In this document: piece by piece, positions 1-12,241 of the stretch | Numbering within the stretch: position 1 is the first letter of the stretch | Layout: every line of letters starts with the position of its first letter | NCBI GenBank assembly: GCA_041753875.1 | Contig: CM085492.1 | Span: forward strand, 12,191,563 to 12,255,562 | Length of the DNA: 64,000 nt | From: Acanthopagrus schlegelii | Lineage: Eukaryota | Direction of reading: 5' to 3' | Position numbers and translations under genes: made by a program | The notes under the pieces: generated by a model | Database searches by the model: none | Seen by the model: the letters and a program-made list of their open reading frames with translations, nothing else | What the model was told of the DNA's origin: nothing

Positions 1-220
1 CAGACGAGAGTGTGTTTGTATGTGTGGTTCCTGTTGGTTTTTGTGCTTCCTCCTGTTGTTTCTGCATCCACACACCATCATGACGGAGAGCAGCGTCGAC
101 GGTCTGGTCACGCTCCTGTCTGACCATCGCTTCACACTCCTTCACACCCTGCCTGTTGCTGATACACACAGAGTGACCCCTCTGGCCTCAGTGCTTCTGA
201 TGGATCGCACCGCTACCTCA

Positions 221-307
221 TCACATGATGGAGCACTGCTCTGCTGCCCCAGCCCCAGGGCCTCCTGGGAGATTGAGGGACTCCATGTCAAAGTTAAAGC
301 CTGGAGG
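221..307 (-). CDS. pex19: PEX19 exon 8 (PPGFNFDMESLNLPGGPGAGAAEQCSIM*), farnesylation CAAX box CSIM
   Basis: Matches the human PEX19 C-terminus PPGLNFDLDALNLSGPPGASGEQCLIM; stop at 221-223. Confidence 0.9.
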   Translation of the reverse strand, partial: PPGFNFDMESLNLPGGPGAGAAEQCSIM

Positions 308-767
308 CTGGAGGGGAAGAAGAAACAGGAAGACTGCGGTCATCTTTAAGCAAGAGGACTGGCAGGAGACATTACTATATATACACCGACACACTTTATA
401 CATTTGTGAACTGTCAGGTATTTTTCCATATCCTTTAAAACAGGGCTTCTCAAAGTCCAGACTCTGGTCCACATCCGGACTGATTGCCAAGTCAAGCTGG
501 ACCTAGTCCATACTGGCAATTTATGTGCATTTATGCACCTCTCCTCTAGTGTCAGAGTTTGAAACACTCAGAGGGACTTCATGGTACAATCAGGTTCACT
601 GTCTTAAACTCTGAAATCAAGGACAATTTGTTCGGCAAAAGTGCAGTAAAGGGAATTAATTATTGATTGGAAATCAAATGCTATTTTGTCATTGCAAAAG
701 CAGTATGTAAATTAATGACAGAGAGTGCTTTATATGATATATGATACATTGTTGACTAAAAACTTAC

Positions 768-812
768 CGCATCACCAGCTAGCTCTTTGGGAGGTTGGCC
801 GAGGTCTTGCAA
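768..812 (-). CDS. pex19: PEX19 exon 7 (LQDLGQPPKELAGDA)
   Basis: Matches human LQDLGHPPKELAGE; acceptor ttacag|, donor gtaag. Confidence 0.8.
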
Positions 813-1043
813 CTGTAAGTAAAAGCATTATAATCTGTGATGAGTTTCATTCTTAGCAAGCCAAAGTTTATTTACATCAAAGTCAAAAATACAACAGTCT
901 GTGACCTATACTAGCCAATGCCAATGTTAGTGTAGGTGTTTCATCTTGCAGTGGGAGCTATTTAAGTAATGATTGAACACTGATTCACAACTGAAATATT
1001 CAAGATGTAAATAACCAAGAAGTCAAGTGCAGGGTGTGTCTAC

Positions 1044-1214
1044 CTTTTGCATCAATTCCATGATGCTCTCGAAGTTGCTGTCTTTATCTGCTGCCCCCTG
1101 TTCCTCCCTCTCAAAGTGGGTGCAGATCTCTCCCATGATTTTGGCCTGCTGCTCATAGCGCTGGTAGTCCTCCTGACTGAGGCTTGGCTTGTTGGAATCC
1201 AACCATTCTGGGTA
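1044..1214 (-). CDS. pex19: PEX19 exon 6 (YPEWLDSNKPSLSQEDYQRYEQQAKIMGEICTHFEREEQGAADKDSNFESIMELMQK)
   Basis: Matches human YPEWLQSHRESLPPEQFEKYQEQHSVMCKICEQFE; acceptor cccacag|, donor gtagac. Confidence 0.9.
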
Positions 1215-1299
1215 CTGTGGGTGTGAGAGACATTGATGAGACTCACTTTGTTGCAGAACTACAGACTACATAATGAAAGATACTAAAACAGATGCAGAC

Positions 1300-1473
1300 C
1301 TTAGCAGTGATCTCTTTGAGAGATGGATAAAGCACTTCCTTGGAGAGAAGGTTCTGCATGATGGACTGCATGATGGGCAGGATGTTCCCCTCATCACCAC
1401 CTCCTTCACCACCCTCTTCCAAGCCCAGGCCTTCTAACGTCTTGACAAGGTCGTCTCCAGCTAGTCCTGTAGA
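1300..1473 (-). CDS. pex19: PEX19 exon 5 (…GLGLEEGGEGGGDEGNILPIMQSIMQNLLSKEVLYPSLKEITAK)
   Basis: Near-identical to human PEX19 NILPIMQSIMQNLLSKDVLYPSLKEITEK; about 90-nt intron upstream; donor gtctgc. Confidence 0.9.
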
Positions 1474-1563
1474 CTGTAGGAGAACAATACCATTGGAAAC
1501 TGCTCTATGTTTGCATTGCTCGGAAAAGTTTCGCAACAACTGATTCAGTCGGACTTTACCCAC

Positions 1564-1649
1564 CTGCAGGTTGTCTGCATTTTTGGCCAGGCCACGGAGG
1601 GTTTCTTTAAGACAGGAGGTGAATTCTTGTTGGGAGGCAGTGTCAGTGC
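1564..1649 (-). CDS. pex19: PEX19 exon 4 (TDTASQQEFTSCLKETLRGLAKNADNLQ)
   Basis: Matches human SDMTSQQEFTSCLKETLSGLAKNATDLQ; lies within minus ORF 1243..1674; donor gtgggt. Confidence 0.85.
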
Positions 1650-1749
1650 CTATACAGAATACACACACACACACACAATATTCAGGCTACAGGAACAGCA
1701 AGCAGAGGAACACATCAAAACCACAGACATTGAGAGTTGTCGGCCTTAC

Positions 1750-1912
1750 CAACTTTTCCTGCAGCCTCTGACAACTTTTGGAAGTGCTGCAGTAATTCCG
1801 GCTCCTCCTGGGCCAGCTCAGTCATGGCCTTCTCCCACTCCTCCTTAGCTTGGGTGGCCATGTCTCCCTCGAAGAGAGTCTCAAAGAGTTTGCTGTCTTC
1901 AAGCAGAGGTGG
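1750..1912 (-). CDS. pex19: PEX19 exon 3 (PPLLEDSKLFETLFEGDMATQAKEEWEKAMTELAQEEPELLQHFQKLSEAAGKVG)
   Basis: Strong match to human PEX19 FEKAMKELAEEEPHLVEQFQKLSEAAGRVG; acceptor tttgtag|, donor gtaagg. Confidence 0.85.
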
Positions 1913-2192
1913 CTACAAAGGGTAATTGGAAAACATGTTAAGTGCATTCTAGACACCTTCCACCGTCTCTGCTGGGCATTTCTTGTCCCAGATTTGGTTG
2001 CTTGGTCATAATAAGTACTCCAAAAGCCTACTGAGAAAGTACTTTTTGGTGGCCAGTGAACCTTTAGTGTGGGGTCTGCGAGTTAAACAGTCAACAACCA
2101 GTTAAGCTAGCAACAAAAGCAAACAAGTCATAAACACTAAGAAAATAGAGCAAAAAGTCAAGGACCACTTTAAACAAATAACACAAAAAGAC

Positions 2193-2281
2193 CTTCTCTG
2201 CACCACTGTTGGCTGAGGAGGAAGCAGCGGCAGGTTCAGGAGCTGGAGGGGCTGCTGCCTTGTCAAAGTCGTCCAACGCAC
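2193..2281 (-). CDS. pex19: PEX19 exon 2 (SALDDFDKAAAPPAPEPAAASSSANSGAEK)
   Basis: Matches the human PEX19 ALDDFDKAKP region; acceptor cttaag|; the 3' boundary (weak donor gtcttt) is uncertain by a few nt. Confidence 0.7.
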
Positions 2282-3600
2282 CTTAAGAAAAAGGAATGAA
2301 ATTAGAGCCATGCCAGTCGACTTTTAAACGAGTATTTTAACAGCAGAAATGTTACAATTCGGCCATTATCTATTTATTCATGTATGAGTTTAAGCCCCAG
2401 CTGAAAGAGCGACATTAAATGTGCAGCAAATGTCTGTAAATAGCTCATGCAGCATATTTTATTTAGTCCAAAGGGTCAATATTGCATTTTCTTTACAGGT
2501 GTTGTGTAACGTGTTTGCTTTGGAGCAATCATTCTGTTGTTCTGTTTATGTTTAAGCTAAAATGAATCTAATCTTTAATATTATTAATTAAAGTGGGACA
2601 TGGCCATTTTTTAAAACACTCATTTGCTAGTTTTTAAAAAAGGTACAACTAAACCAACTAAAAACCGTAGCTGAAAAACTTTAATGTAGTTAAGTTTATA
2701 CTGTGTTGTATTGAGGTGCTGGTTCAGCTTTATGGTTAATCTGGAGTCTGTAGGTTGTAGTGCTGTTAGAAATATACAGTGTTATACCAATACTTAATTC
2801 ATCCTTATTGAAATATATAGGATGGACCTCTAATTCATATCCAATACAACATACAAGTCCACAGCACCAAAAACAACTGCCTCTAAAGCAACTAAAGCAA
2901 AATGATGCTTAACCAACATCTTTCCGCATAGTTTCAACAAAAACTTAACATTATTAGATAGCTTAGATTGATGTAGATGTTTTTTTGTTGTTGTTTGGTT
3001 TTTTTGGTAGGACTTTTGTGTTGGACTGCATTTTTTCAAGCAGGTTGAGCTAATAAACTGGTGACCGCATGCCTGAGAGAGCTGTGTGGAAATTACAGGA
3101 ACATGTTCACAGCTAGTAAACACCATCACCTGAGCCGAACATACATCCAACAAAAGGCTTGCGGCAGAGACAATACCGTCACTGACAGTCCCGCAGCCAT
3201 CTTACATCACCAGGTTTTCATTAAATTGCATCTAACGACAACTGTCTATCAACACCCTATTCAAGGGCAAATACATAATGTTCGAAAGCCGCCTGTTATT
3301 CTGGATCACAGCTAATCTAGCTAACAACAGAAGCATACAGTCATTCGCCACACAGCTAGCTAACGTTAGATACAATGGAAACTTTCATTTCACAGATTTA
3401 GCGATTGATTCGACCAACTGGTCCGATTGTCAGCGATACAGTATCGATAACTGGGAGCCAAGCGGGAGGTCCCATGAGCACACAAGCTAGTTAACCCCTG
3501 ACACAGAGAGAGAAAACGGGGGTCCGGGGCCGAGTGTCACGAGAAAGTCCCGTTCTGGATAAAACGAGGGTCTGTGGAAAGACTTAATGTCAACACTTAC

Positions 3601-3664
3601 TGTCCAATAATTCATCCAATTCCGCATCGTGTCCAGCGGACGGCTCTCCTGCACCCGACGCCAT
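3601..3664 (-). CDS. pex19: PEX19 exon 1 (MASGAGEPSAGHDAELDELLD), ATG at 3662-3664, donor gtaagtg
   Basis: Reverse-strand translation matches the PEX19 N-terminus; a GT donor follows; joins exon 2 in phase giving ...LLDSALDDFDK. Confidence 0.8.
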
Positions 3665-3830
3665 GATGTTACCTTCTCCAAAAACCAAACAGCCCAGACA
3701 GCCACCGAGCAGCACGTCTCCGAAAATTGACGTCCCTGCTGTGAAAAAAAAAAAAAAATGTCGCGGAAACTATTACGTCAGAACGAGTTGAGATCGGGCG
3801 CCATCTTGTGGCCGTAGTGAAAAAGTTTTA
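3665..3830 (-). promoter_or_regulatory. pex19: PEX19 core promoter / 5' UTR region with a CRE-like TTACGTCA (3771-3778) and a YY1-like GCCATCTTG (about 3800-3808)
   Basis: Lies immediately upstream of the PEX19 ATG; CpG-containing; motifs read directly from the sequence. Confidence 0.4.
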
Positions 3831-5456
3831 CAGAAACAAAGAGGAAGCACAAGACTCATTTGCACAGCTGCTGACATGTTGGTTTGAGGTTGACCAGTGC
3901 AGTTCAGGGTCACCCACGATCAATTTTGGTGAATTGTTCACAGCTAGTTTGAAACCAAAATCAAGTTTCATAACTTCTAACATGAATATGACATGGTAAA
4001 CTTTGTAATCATTATGGGTAAATAGTATGTTTATTAATTTAAACCTTCCCTGCATTTACATCCTAAGTAAGATTAACAGATATGGGAGTTATCATAGAAA
4101 CACCAGCCAAGCCAGAAGTTGTATATTTCCTCAAATTCCTTACTTGTGCATATTTTAACCCTCATGCAACTGTTGATACATTTGATGTTTTTTTTTTAAC
4201 TTTCATTTTTAAATCATCTTGGCTGTTGTTATGCATATTGCATACATTTGGGCAAAGGTGTCTGTTAGCTGTTTTTCTTTTACATGTATGTAACAAACTG
4301 TTTATGTCACAGACATACGGCTTTTTTTGTTGGACATATTATGCACAATTAAAACTGTTGGTTTTTTTCAACCCACTGTCACGACAGCATTGTGTATCCC
4401 AGGTTTTCTGGTATTCTTTCTGTCATTCATTATACTATTTTTTCTCTTGATGGGCACTTTACCTGTATTTTTGCCTGTATGCCACACACATGCTATTTCC
4501 CTTTTGTTCTATAGGGGCTTTGCCCCTCAATGAAAACCGTCATGCGACTTATCATAGGCCACAATAAAAAGGTGGTTCGTCGTCAAACTGCCATAAAAAA
4601 TATTATATATAAAGTACGTGAAAAATAACATGTTTGTGTGGGGGGTTTTTCTCATTTGAAAAGGACACCCTGTAAGCAAACTGGTATTTAAAGGGTTAAA
4701 ATCCTAAAAATGAAGTAATATTTGGTAGCCGTTATCAGGACTGATAGTGTTTGAAAAAAGTAATCCAGTGAAAGCTGAAAATAAGATTAATGTGTAGCAT
4801 TTTTGAAATGGAGCATCTTTGTACTAAATGAGTATTTTCTTTTTTTTTTAATCAATTGCATGAGGGTTAAGGTCCACTACATTTATTTGATAACTTTATT
4901 TGCTGCACGCTGTATCAGAGCCAAAGTATTTGATCGACAATAAGATTTTTTTTTCTTTTAAAGAAAAAAAAGCACCGTTTCAGATCATCAGAAAAATGCT
5001 GAATATTGGATCAGATAATTGACCTGGCCAATAATCAGTCAACCCACAGTAGACAATAGTTACATACGTGTAAATAAAGGTATAATTCACCTTTACATTT
5101 ACTCAGGTATGACTTTTGGGTATTTTGGGTACTGCTATTATTTAGAGGCAAATACTGTACATTTGACTCCAGTACGCTGGTGACTCAGTTAGAAGTAACT
5201 TTGCATGGTCAGAATTATACGTAGCCTTGATATACAATTAACTAATACATTATTATTATTATTAAATTATTAAGTATTGTTATAGATACGCAAAACCACA
5301 CCCAGCAATCAGTTGAAATCTTTTATTTTTCTAATCCAGAAATATCTATCATTAGGAAATGACATATGTAGCTAAATAAGTACTTAGGTTGTTAAATTGC
5401 ATTTTGATGCTGAATACATCCGTGCTGAAGTGTCATTTTGAACTTTCCATCGTAAC

Positions 5457-5492
5457 AATACAATACAATACAATACAATACAATACTTTACT
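5457..5492. repeat. (ACAAT)6 pentanucleotide repeat
   Basis: Direct reading of the sequence. Confidence 0.9.
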
Positions 5493-6108
5493 TATGTAAA
5501 GGTAGCAATCTTGAAAAATGTGCATGTGATGGCGGAATTCCCTCCGTGTCTGTCCCTCGAACAGGGCCAGGAAACGTGACGATATCGCATCTGGGTAAAT
5601 ACAAAGTGGTTGCCAGGGTTACAGCTGCGGTCGCTGGGCAACACGCACAAATAATGTCAAAGCGGGATGATTCAGCGAACAGCGATGACGAATATGTAGC
5701 GTTATCCGTGTCGCCGTGTCCATAGCAACGCTGCCGGAGATGGGGGTAAAATAAAGATGACCATATTTTCATAACGAGCAGTGAAGCGGGGGTTTCCAGG
5801 TCCCAGTGAGCCGATAGTCGTGTCGAAATATTAGTAGTCACCATACGAATAGTTAAAGTATTAGATATGGAATGTACTTCCCCATGGGAAACATTCGCAG
5901 GTAACGCAACAGCACAGGGGGAAATAGTAGCGTAGCCTAGCTTAAGTCGAAAAAGATAGAGACAATGATTAAGAGATGTTGGAACGAATTAGATAACAAA
6001 CGAATAGAAAGTATAATACAAACTACTAGAATAAAGATAAACATGCTATATACGGTAATTGTCTTGTTTATAGGTAACTTGTGCAATATATCATACATGT
6101 GCCTGTGC

Positions 6109-6133
6109 AAAAAAAAAAAAAAAAAAAAAAAAA
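6109..6133. repeat. A25 homopolymer
   Basis: Direct reading of the sequence. Confidence 0.9.
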
Positions 6134-6726
6134 CAGCAGGAAAAAAAAATCACTCTGTGACATGAAGTGTATGGGTGGGTGCTTCATCAGTGGAGAAAGG
6201 AGGTGTTGGGAGCTGATATGAAAGAGACCCCCCCCCGACTGCTGCGAAGACCATCACACAGACCTGAGCCTCCTGTCCCTCCCTGTAGGGCCTCCGTGTT
6301 GTCTGACCAGTCCAGATCTGATATTCAACATTTTTCTCATTATCAGAATCGGTGTTTCTTTGTTGTTGTTGTTGTTTTTTTATCTGATCGCAGATTAAAT
6401 GTATTTAAAGATGAGCTGCATATGGCTCTGATGCAGCGTGTAATCTTTTTAGTAACTAGTGATAAAAGTAAGTGAAGTAAAAGCTACAATGTAGGTCAGT
6501 GGAAGTATATAGGTGCAGGAAAGGGAAATAGTCAAGCAGAGCACAATTACCTAGCAGTTGTACTTACGTATAGTATTCGAGTAGATGTACCTCCATCACT
6601 GAATGAACATGAAAACATGAAAACATTTTGGACATTTATAAACTAAACATTAGTTTTAACACAACTTGCTTAAATTATCACTGAATTATTCAGAAATTCT
6701 GAATTGTCTCCAATCGCATTTGGATG

Positions 6727-6728
<2 letters not shown>

Positions 6729-6814
<86 letters not shown>

Positions 6815-6878
6815 ATCCCTATCCCTATATATACATACATGTAGCGTTAGATTTTTTTTTATATATATATATATATAT
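6729..6878. repeat. Compound microsatellite: (TA)about41, (CCCTAT)3, T9, (TA)9
   Basis: Direct reading of the sequence. Confidence 0.95.
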
Positions 6879-6959
6879 TGTATTGCTTTTCGCGATGCTG
6901 CCATTGATCATGTAGGAAACCGATCAAGAAATACGACTTTTTATTTTTGTTTTTTTCAA

Positions 6960-7202
6960 CGGGGGTGAACTTGTGGATACACTGGGTGTGTGCCCCGGGC
7001 TGGAGCACGAGCAGGAGGAGGAGAGTTGAGACAGATGTGAATAACGGTGCAGACATTTGATGCCTAATTTGGTTTGCTGGGCGGGGAGCTGCTCCTCTGA
7101 GCTGCTAAATCAAGTCTGAGAGCTGGGGAGTTTCATTCCACGACTCTCCACCGCTGGATGTCCCAGAGAACAGAGACTGTCCGCAGCCGAGCATCAGAAA
7201 AG
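6960..7202 (+). other. Putative non-coding 5' exon (donor AAAAG|gtaacc at 7202/7203), possibly spliced to the acceptor ttcttacag| at about 11274 upstream of the MYADM-like ATG
   Basis: A CpG-containing, non-AT-rich block ends in a consensus donor; a polypyrimidine-AG acceptor lies 85 nt upstream of the ATG at 11360. Confidence 0.25.
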
Positions 7203-8245
7203 GTAACCAGCTCTTACATAAAGTTGACTTCATGTGGTGAAGAATTGTTCTACGAGCCGAGCTTGTGCGAGGGAAAGACCTAAACCCAGCTGCAACTTGT
7301 TGCATCGTGATTACCTGCATGCCTCATGTGAAGAATGTGATACAGTCAGCAGGTACATTTTGTATGTTAAAGTCAATTTTCACAGTTTTTATAAATAAAT
7401 GTGAGCTTTTATTTTGAAATTTGAAACGAGCTGGAATATATTTTTAAAAAGCAGATTTAAAATAAAAGTAAATCTTAAAGAGGACTAAAGTTGTTATAAG
7501 TTGCTCCTTGAGGAGTTTGTAGTAACTATTTATTTTTTCTTTTATACTTTTTTAATATTTCATGTAATAGTGTTTTGTGTAATTCTTGAATTGCTTAGTG
7601 TTTAAAAAAAAAAAAATCTGTCCAGCTTCCTCAAAAAGTGGCGGTGTGGTGTGAGCTGGGTGCGGCTGGTGGCACACCCACTTCCACTGTCAATGAATGA
7701 ACCTCTGCAGCAGCTGTCACAGCGACACACACAGTGTGTTATGAGGACTTTTACTCTCTCTTTCTGTGCAGCGAACATGCCTGAATTATATGCTGAAGAC
7801 ACTGATTTAGATTCCCACCAACAAGTTCCCCATTGTTCGTCATTTAAATGCAGAGCTGTGTCCTCCCGGCTGAGTAGGTGTGGTGGGTCGGTCTGGCCTG
7901 AAGAAAGGTGATGACCCTTGAAAAATCATCCGTTTCATGGGAGAGTTTGGTGTCTTGTGATGGTCACACATGCTGTGTCAGATTGTTTCTCGAGTCTGGG
8001 GGAAAATGCCAAATACTTGGCCTTTTTGTTTTTTGTTCAAGGATTCTGTCATTTTTGCCTTCGAAACAACAGACCGGGGAGGTTTGCCAACAGAGCTCGC
8101 CCTGTGCTTCAACCCATGAATCCCCTGTAAGTGGATTATGGGGAAAATCGAGTTAGCGATGTTGTGTCATGACAACCAAACAAGCAGCACACATGACCTT
8201 TCGGCCTGAGACGAACACTCATCCTGAACATCTCTGTCTTTAGGA

Positions 8246-8279
8246 TGTTTGTGTGTGTGCGTGTGTGTGTGTGTGTGAA
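8246..8279. repeat. (GT)n microsatellite
   Basis: Direct reading of the sequence. Confidence 0.9.
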
Positions 8280-11200
8280 AAATGACTGTGCAGGGGAGCA
8301 CGAAGATGGTGTCACATCCTGCTGCAGGCCTGATGCGGGGACCTATTTTCAGCCACACTTGGGGAAGTGCCCCCACATTTGTGTGATCCTGTCGTGTTTT
8401 CCAAGCTGGGCTGTGAAAGGACTTTTTCTTTTTTTCCACACTGGGCTCTTGTGCTTTATTTTTTTGTTTCATTCCTCTTCCATTTTCCTCTCCCATTTCT
8501 TTCCTGACTTGATTCCATAAGCGGCAAAGTTAATGGCGGCAGCGGGAGTGGCAGGATTGATTTTTCCATTACGACCCTCCGGTATACGTTTATTTTGAGT
8601 GGTTTACATGTAGCATAATTGGTACCCTGACTTTAAAGCTGGGGTGGGAGTTCTGAGGTGGGAGGAGAGAAGGAGTGGATGACTGATGGAAAAAAGAGGG
8701 AGTGGCTGCCAAATTAGGCTATGAGGAGAGGAAATAAGTTGGCAAAAATGACAAAGTTACCAGTTGTTCGGCAGCAGCCAGACGGCAGCACATCTGGAAC
8801 ACATCAGTGAATTGGAAAATCTTACAAGAAATAAGGGAGACAAGGGAGGAGTGGTGAAAGAGAGGGGGCCCGTGTGGTGAGTCACTCTGCTGCTATTCCA
8901 CTCCATCACTGTGTTTAAACTATGTGTCCTTCTGCGGTCGAGGCACAGGGCTTCCCCCGTGTTTCTCCCTTTTTTTCTTTTTTTTTTCTTTTTCACTCCC
9001 CTCTACTCCCCCCTGGCTTCATATGTGAGTCATCCTGCAGGAGTGTAAGGGGTGTCTTTTTCCATTTCTGTGTCTTTTCTATTCAAACCAAGCCACCAGT
9101 TGAGCTTTTCTCGCCTCCCCACCCCTTGACTCTTTAATAGGTGTCTAATGGAGCTGATGTAAACAGGCCCGTTCTCCTTGTTTATAACTGTCTCTCTGTG
9201 TAAACTGTGAACAGGGAATGAAGCGCTTTCTGGAGCCAAGTGGGTAATGGGTGTCAGGAGGGATGGAAGGGAGGACAGCTGGTGTGGCCAGGGGGTTTCT
9301 ACACTGTGAAAATGTCCTCCATGTCTCATTTGATGTCTCTTTAAGGCTTAAATCTTTGCCTCTCTGAATGCAGATGAGTAAGCAGCGAAAAATCTCACCA
9401 GTGTTGAGTTTGGTGTCACAATACGTTCATCAACAAACATCAGCTGTCATCAGTATCCGTCCCTCACGATCAGTCAGCAAGAGCTTCTTTATATAGACAC
9501 TATCAGGCACTAACATTCAGTAGGACTCCAGATGAAGACGAGGTAGAGGAGGAAAAGGATAATGGCAGTATGCTCATTAGATCACGGCGTGATGCAGCTG
9601 CACAGCAAGGGTTCTGTTGAGTAATTTGTATTGACTGGAAAAACCCTTCAACACTCTGCACTAGGTGCAGTTAAAATGCACCCATGTCACACCGGATCTC
9701 TCCAGGGTCCTCTGACATCATGACATCAGCCATCAGTTGGGTAATTAAACCGCAAGTTGAGATCTTACAGTCACAGACAAATTTGAGAGAGCAACAAAAC
9801 AAGGTTGCCAGCAAACATAAGCACAACAGGAGCTGAGAAATGTCAAATAATTCCTAAGCTGATCACAAACAGTTTGGATGATGCAATGGAAAAAGTTATT
9901 TATCAAGCAAAAATGCTTGGTTACAGCTTTGCATGGGTCCAAAGTAGATTATTGGCGATAAAAACACACATTTACTCAATCCAATATAGTGAGTCAGCGG
10001 GTTTGTTGCCGTAGCCTTACTTGGTTTGGTGGCCTATGATTAGTAACTTATGGTGGTTAATGTTAGCTAATGTTAGCAATCATATGTAACCGTGGATTAT
10101 TTTTCCACTTAGGCTACCATTACATTTTACAAAATGTTTTTTTCTTATAGGCGAGGCAGGACATATATTGCATTAAATATTACGTACTAAACAATCAAAC
10201 CTAAGTTTGAAATAAAACACATCTAAGTATCATTTATTGAGAGTTTAATAACTAAGCCTGGGCCCAGATGCATCCAAAGGTGCTCTCACTGCTAACAGCC
10301 CTTACACCTGTTTAAACCTCTGAAGAGGATACTAGCCACTAAGCTAGGAAGAGAGGCAGGCTATGCAAGACACCAAGAAATTAATTCATGATTTTGCAGA
10401 CAGGGCTCTGAGGCTAAACTTTTATCGCTTCTTTTATTTCCTACTTTCAATGATAATAAATATTATGAAACATTCAAATGTGAAAGTTTGAAATAAAACT
10501 TCTCTAGGTATTATTTATCAACAGTTTAATTAACTCTAAATCACTTTAAATGACAGAAAAATCTGCACACATGGGAAACAACCAAGACTGCATTTACTAT
10601 GGCAGAAAAATGTGCGCTCAGATACAACCCTATCCCTCATAAAAGAATTTGATGGAGAAAATGTAGCGTTCAGGGCTCTTGAAAATGCAGCTTCCTTGAA
10701 CAAATATCTGAACTGAAGGGCTACTAGCACTCCTTTCAGAGCCTTCCTCAGTTTTGGGATACAGTATGTTTGCAGTGTAGATAGGGTTGCTGGGAGTGGA
10801 TCATGTAAAGAGGGCCATGTTTAGAGCATGATGACAGACACACTGTAGGGTCGCTGGAGGTTGCGGAGCCACACCCATCACCGAGGACTCGAGCCTGGAG
10901 GAATGTCCGAGTGTAACAGTCTGTCCTCGTCGCAGGAATGCTGTTGAGAAAGCAGTCTGGAGTTTTATACAAGGCAGAAGAATAGGGGAGCGTTCAGCAG
11001 CTGATTAGACCTGATGTAAATGTGACCACAGTGGCGTCTTTATCTGTGGCCTGTGTATTCATGGTCTCACTTGTTGTTTCAACCATTCATGGAAAAAACA
11101 ATGACAGCATTGTGTATTTGAGAAAATGGTGTGTAGGAGTACATAGCCTGTTTGGGCATGGATTCAAACTGTTGCCCTCACGTGGTCATATCTTGTACCT

Positions 11201-11359
11201 TACAGTGATGGAAGTGACATAAACTCTGCAGAAATCCTGCTTACTGATCCTTTTCACTGTCTTCTCTTCTTACAGTTTTCCCTGCCTTCCCTGAGTGGCT
11301 GATGGTAAAAATCTGAGGAACATTTTCAACTTGTCTCATCACCGACTAGATCTCGCGTC

Positions 11360-12241
11360 ATGGCTATAGTGCTCCGCTCCAGCCCCCTCCTATGGACGCG
11401 GTTGGCAGCCATGGTCTTCTCCTGCGTGGCCTTCTCCGTCGCCGTACATGGTGGCAGGCTCTACCACGGCACTGGAGATTGGTGCATCTTCTGCTGGGCC
11501 TTCAGTTTCGCAGGGACTCTGCTCGTCATCCTGGTGGAGCTGTTTGGTCTTGAGGCCAGAGCTCCTGTTTCCTGGAAGAACTTCCCCATCACCTTCGCCT
11601 GCTATGCCGCCCTGCTCTGCCTGTCCGCCTCCATCATCTTCCCCCTGTACTACCTCAAAGGCTCCATGGGCCCAAGCGAAGTCCGCGACTACCGCATTGT
11701 GTCAACCGTCTTCTCCTGCCTGGCCACCATCGCCTACATGAGCGAGGTGAGCATCAGCAAGGCGCGTCCAGGTGAGGTGGCTGGCTACATGGCCACAGCC
11801 CCCGGCCTGCTGAAAGTCTGCGAGACTTTTATCGCCTGCATCATCTTTGTCTTCGTCAGCGACCCCGTGCTGTACGACCATCATGACGCGCTCAAGTACT
11901 GCATGGCCGTCTACTGCATCTGCTTCATCCTGTCGGCGGCCATCATCATGCTATGTATCGGCGAGTGCACAGGTTGCCTCCCCTTCCCGTTTGCCCGCTT
12001 TCTGTCTGCCTACGCCCTGCTGGCGGTGGTCCTCTATCTGTCAGCGACCATCATCTGGCCCATCTTCAACTTTGACCCCAAGCATGGCGGATCTAAAAGT
12101 AGGCCCTACTCTTGCAGCAGCACAATGGGGTTGTGTGTGTGGGATAAGAACATGGCAGTTGCCGTGCTCACTGCTGTCAATTTCATCCTCTACCTGGCCG
12201 ACCTGATCTACTCCACCCGCCTGGTGTTTGTCAGTGCTTGA
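11360..12241 (+). CDS. Single-exon ORF of 293 aa: polytopic membrane protein with two MARVEL-like four-helix blocks (MYADM-like, myeloid-associated differentiation marker family)
   Basis: Uninterrupted ORF, about 8 hydrophobic helices; size and single-coding-exon organisation resemble vertebrate MYADM; strong GC3 codon bias typical of fish coding sequence. Confidence 0.6.
   Translation: MAIVLRSSPLLWTRLAAMVFSCVAFSVAVHGGRLYHGTGDWCIFCWAFSFAGTLLVILVELFGLEARAPVSWKNFPITFACYAALLCLSASIIFPLYYLKGSMGPSEVRDYRIVSTVFSCLATIAYMSEVSISKARPGEVAGYMATAPGLLKVCETFIACIIFVFVSDPVLYDHHDALKYCMAVYCICFILSAAIIMLCIGECTGCLPFPFARFLSAYALLAVVLYLSATIIWPIFNFDPKHGGSKSRPYSCSSTMGLCVWDKNMAVAVLTAVNFILYLADLIYSTRLVFVSA

Noticed and set aside
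3808-3999. Plus-strand 63-aa ORF divergent from the PEX19 promoter
   Set aside because: No homology or codon bias; possibly part of a divergent non-coding transcript (the donor-like ACATG|gtaaac at about 3996 was noted), but evidence is too thin to call it.
5488-5844. 118-aa minus-strand ORF in the CpG-rich block
   Set aside because: No start or splice context, no homology pattern, amino-acid composition typical of random GC-rich sequence; the block is reported as a non-coding anomaly instead.
6729-6878. Possible CRISPR-like array suggested by highly regular short repeats
   Set aside because: These are simple dinucleotide or hexanucleotide microsatellites in a eukaryotic genome, with no spacers and no prokaryotic context.
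11448-12206. Alternate-frame ORFs (97 aa, 119 aa plus strand; 60 aa minus strand) overlapping the MYADM-like ORF
   Set aside because: Shadow ORFs produced by GC3-rich codon usage of the real 293-aa frame.
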